From positions 100,626,001 through 100,690,000 of the forward strand of contig OX597820.1 in NCBI GenBank assembly GCA_951406725.2: DNA of 64,000 nucleotides, given 5' to 3'. The notes beneath the pieces are model-generated. The model was not told the DNA's origin and searched no databases. It worked only from the letters and a program-made list of their open reading frames with translations. Origin of the DNA: Octopus vulgaris (Eukaryota). Both the position numbers and the translations under genes were made by a program. This document shows positions 1-64,000 of the stretch, one piece after another. Every line of letters starts with the position of its first letter. Position 1 is the stretch's first letter.

Positions 1-678
1 GGAAAGACATTGATCAAACTGAATTACTTAAAAGAAAGTATATATATATATAAAAAAAAAATGAATGAATGAATCTAAATTGAAAATGGCTAGAATAACA
101 CAAAGAGTTTACAAATTCGTCAGAAAGGATGTAAGGATGAGATAAAAATAAATAATGAAGATTGAATACACCAGTCAAAACAGCTTGTGAAAGAGTTACA
201 ATAAAAACACCAGTTTAGCCATTGAAGTATATGTTAGAAGTGATTTGCAAGATAATAGTTTGTTTCAATCTTCAATTGTGTTTCCTTAGAACAGATAAAA
301 ATACATCATGATACCAAAAAAAATCAATAATGGATAACTTCTAAGTACTATGGTAAACCAAAGATCTGTATGTTGGATATAAATAAAACACCTCAATCAT
401 CTCATTTCCTTTGAGCCATTTCATATGAGTCAAGACCCTTATGATTAACATTAGCAAACCAGTTCCGGACCCATTTGCCTCAATACATTCTGATAGATGA
501 TTTCAGTTTTCAAAAGGGGAAATTACACATAATAAATTACTATTTTCAACAAACTTATGCTGCAAAAAACAAAAAAAATTCTCAGTTTAAGTTATTTTAT
601 ATGAAAGCTTTTAATCCAAGCTATTATTATTATTTGTATTGAAGAACAAAAGAAACAATATAGTATGTATACTTATAC

Positions 679-61274
<60,596 letters not shown>

Positions 61275-61424
61275 CTGAAAGTTTATAGATCATTTATTCT
61301 TTTAAAATATTTTACAATTTTATGCACTAAAAATTTTGATATAATTGGAACAAAATGTATATTTTGAAAATGATTTTTGATTATACCGGTTTATATCTTG
61401 TACTGTAGCCAACCACCTAATATC

Positions 61425-61805
61425 TTTATCTTTTATCTTTTACTGGTTTCAGTCATTAGACTGCAGCCATGGTAGGGCACCACCTTGTAGAATTTTAATT
61501 GAGTTAATTAATCCCAGTACTAAATCTCGTTTTAAGACTGGTACCTATTCTATTGGTATCTTTTGCTGAACTGCTTGGTTATAGGGACTTAGACACACCA
61601 ACACCAGCGGGGAAAAAACACGGACACAAAGATACACATACAGATATATGATGGGTTTCTTTCAGTTTCCGTCTACCAAATCCACTCACAAGACTTTGGT
61701 TGGCCTGAGGCTATAGTAGAAGACACTTGCCCAAGGTGTCACACAGTGGGACTGAATCTGGAAACATGTGGTTGAGAAGCAAACTTCTTACCACACAGCC
61801 ACACC
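61425..61805 (-). mobile_element. SINE family A copy
   Basis: Homology to 10610-11003. Confidence 0.8.
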
Positions 61806-64000
61806 TTTTGATATATTTCTAAATCATGTCAGTAAATTAGTTCGCAGAAAATCAAATACTCAGATTTAATTTGTAGCTCTGTTCCTTTTACTTTGCAAAA
61901 ATTCTATTATCAGTCAAAGGCATATGGACAATAAAGATTGAATATCCCACTTTTATCTCCCATTCTTCTCATTAGCCAGACAACTGATTCCATGTGACAA
62001 ATTATTATTACAGACACACACAAACAAACACATGTAAAGGTGTATGGCAGAGTGGTTAGAGTGTTGGGCTCACAATCATGAGGTAGTGAATTCAATTTCT
62101 GGACCAGGCTATAAGTTGTGTTCTTGAGCAAGACACTTTATTTCACATTGCTCCAGTTTACTCAGCTGTAGAAATAAGTTGCAGCATCACTGGTGCCAAA
62201 CTATATCGGCCTTTGCCTTTCCTTTGGATAACATCATTGGCATGGAAAGAAGAGGCTGGTATGCATGGGTGAGTTCTGGCCTTCCATAAACAACCTTGCC
62301 TAGACTTGTATCTTGGTGGAGAACTTTCTAGGTGCAATCTCATGGTCATTCATGACTAAAGGGGGTTTTCATTGTTTACATCATAAGAACTTATAAATTT
62401 TGAGAGATGTGAAATAATTCTTTTAGGAACAGTGAAACTTGAAGCAGATAAAGCTCTAAACAATAGAATGTAAATGATGGGTTAAGAAACCTTTGTGGAG
62501 AGAAAAAGTCAAAGGCTGTTTGTGGAACATGAACCACATCTCCTGTAAAGATGACAGACATGCTACATATATTGGTTCAAATTTTGGCACAAGGCTAACA
62601 ATTTTGAGGGAATAGGTGAGTCAATTACATTAATCCCAGTGCCCAACTGGTACTTATTTTATTGACCATGAAAGAATAGAAGGCAAAATCAACCTTGGTG
62701 GAATTTGAACGCAGAGCATATGGGTAGACGAAATGCTGCTAAGCATTTTGCCTGGTGTGCTAACAGTTCTGCCAGCTCACCACTTTACATATTCAATATA
62801 TATTACATATGACTTGTATGTAACATGGCTGAAATCATGGCCATTTGGTAAAGTTTGTTTCACAATCATGTGGTTCTAGGTTCAATCCCATTGGGAGCAT
62901 TTCAGACATCTAGTATAACCTTGCATAGACAAAAATATAACATTATTTTTCTTGAACTTTCTATACTCTAAAAAACACACTGTTTCATTTTTTGCTCAGT
63001 TTACTATTAATGAATGTAAAAGAAAATCAGCCATACAAACTTATCAGATGTACAAACTTATCTATATAAACATTTTTCAATTTTCTTATCTAAATTTCTT
63101 AAATCAACACATAGTTAAGGTTGATAAATATATTTCTTAGAAAATATTTATGTTACACTTTATGTCAAAAGTCCACTTCTCAAATAATTATACATATATA
63201 TTCAGAAATTTTCTTTCTTTTTGACCAAATTAAGAAGAGAAATATTCTATTCATAAAAAAAAAAAAAAAAAAAAAAAAAAACGTGTCTTTCCTGTTAGCA
63301 TTAATCAAAATGTTTATAAATTTTCACAATGTTATGAGAGTCATAAAGTTTTAATTATATTGATTTGTTTCACTTTGATACCAATCCATCTGAAACTATC
63401 TCTGATGTTAAGATACAAACTTACTAGTTAAAGTAATTAAAAATTAAAAATTTCATTGATACTTCCTGTTAATTTAAATTTCAAACAACATTTTAGAAAT
63501 GATAAAGTTATTTTATTAAATTCTTCATTATTTTCAAAATTAACAAAAAAAATAAACAAACAAAAAAAACAGACATTGTATTTTAGCAAAAATATAGTAC
63601 AAAAACGGTTAAGAAGAATCTTCTGAAGGAAAGGATTATGTTAACTTAATAATAATTGGATTTATTTTCAATCTCTGTTTTTACTGAAAATACACATGTC
63701 ACACAACATTCTAATATTTCAAATGAAGAATCTGAAGAGACATGTAGAAAAAAGTGAAACCTTTGTAAAGAATCAAATAAAGATTGCAGGACATAAAGAC
63801 AATAATGGTGCCAACAACATGGAATAGTCACATCCAGTACATTGCAAATCTGGATTCGTTGTTAATCTTCTAGAGGTCTCACAGTATATTTTGGGTACCA
63901 TTACATGCACGATTCTTCCATTATGATGTGGTTTTTGTTATTAGTAAACACATTAATTGTTGCTTTATTGACATTTAGGCCTTAAACTATAGATCATTCT

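Noticed and set aside
460-489. Possible 30-nt phase 1/1 mini-exon (ECIEANGSGT)
   Set aside because: In frame, but the pyrimidine tract and donor are weak and the next exon is outside the window, so it cannot be supported without RNA-seq.
63732-63770. CTGAAGA...GAAAC-CTTT-GTA
   Set aside because: No credible stem I or stem II.

Overview
AT-rich, microsatellite- and SINE-laden animal genomic DNA; the repeat landscape suggests an octopod cephalopod (inference). The whole window lies inside one minus-strand gene, an ABCA1/4/7-type ABC transporter. I traced 17 internal coding exons (61274 down to 679; 2743 nt, 914 codons + 1 nt) with mutually consistent splice phases. They cover the end of extracellular domain 1, TMD1 helices 2-6, NBD1 and the R1 regulatory region; both gene ends lie outside the window. 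One intron uses a GC donor. The introns hold decayed transposons: three RTE-type LINE fragments whose RT carries an inserted PHD-type C4HC3 finger, two R4/Dong-like RLE retroposon fragments, a mariner, piggyBac-type MITEs and several modular tRNA-derived SINE families. The least obvious signal is a set of short, mostly fold-back elements, often embedded in microsatellites, that carry minimal type-I hammerhead ribozyme motifs of the Penelope-like-element kind. Some have variant cores (U3-A8, C4), and some lie on the pre-mRNA strand. Most ORF-track entries are microsatellite or SINE artefacts.
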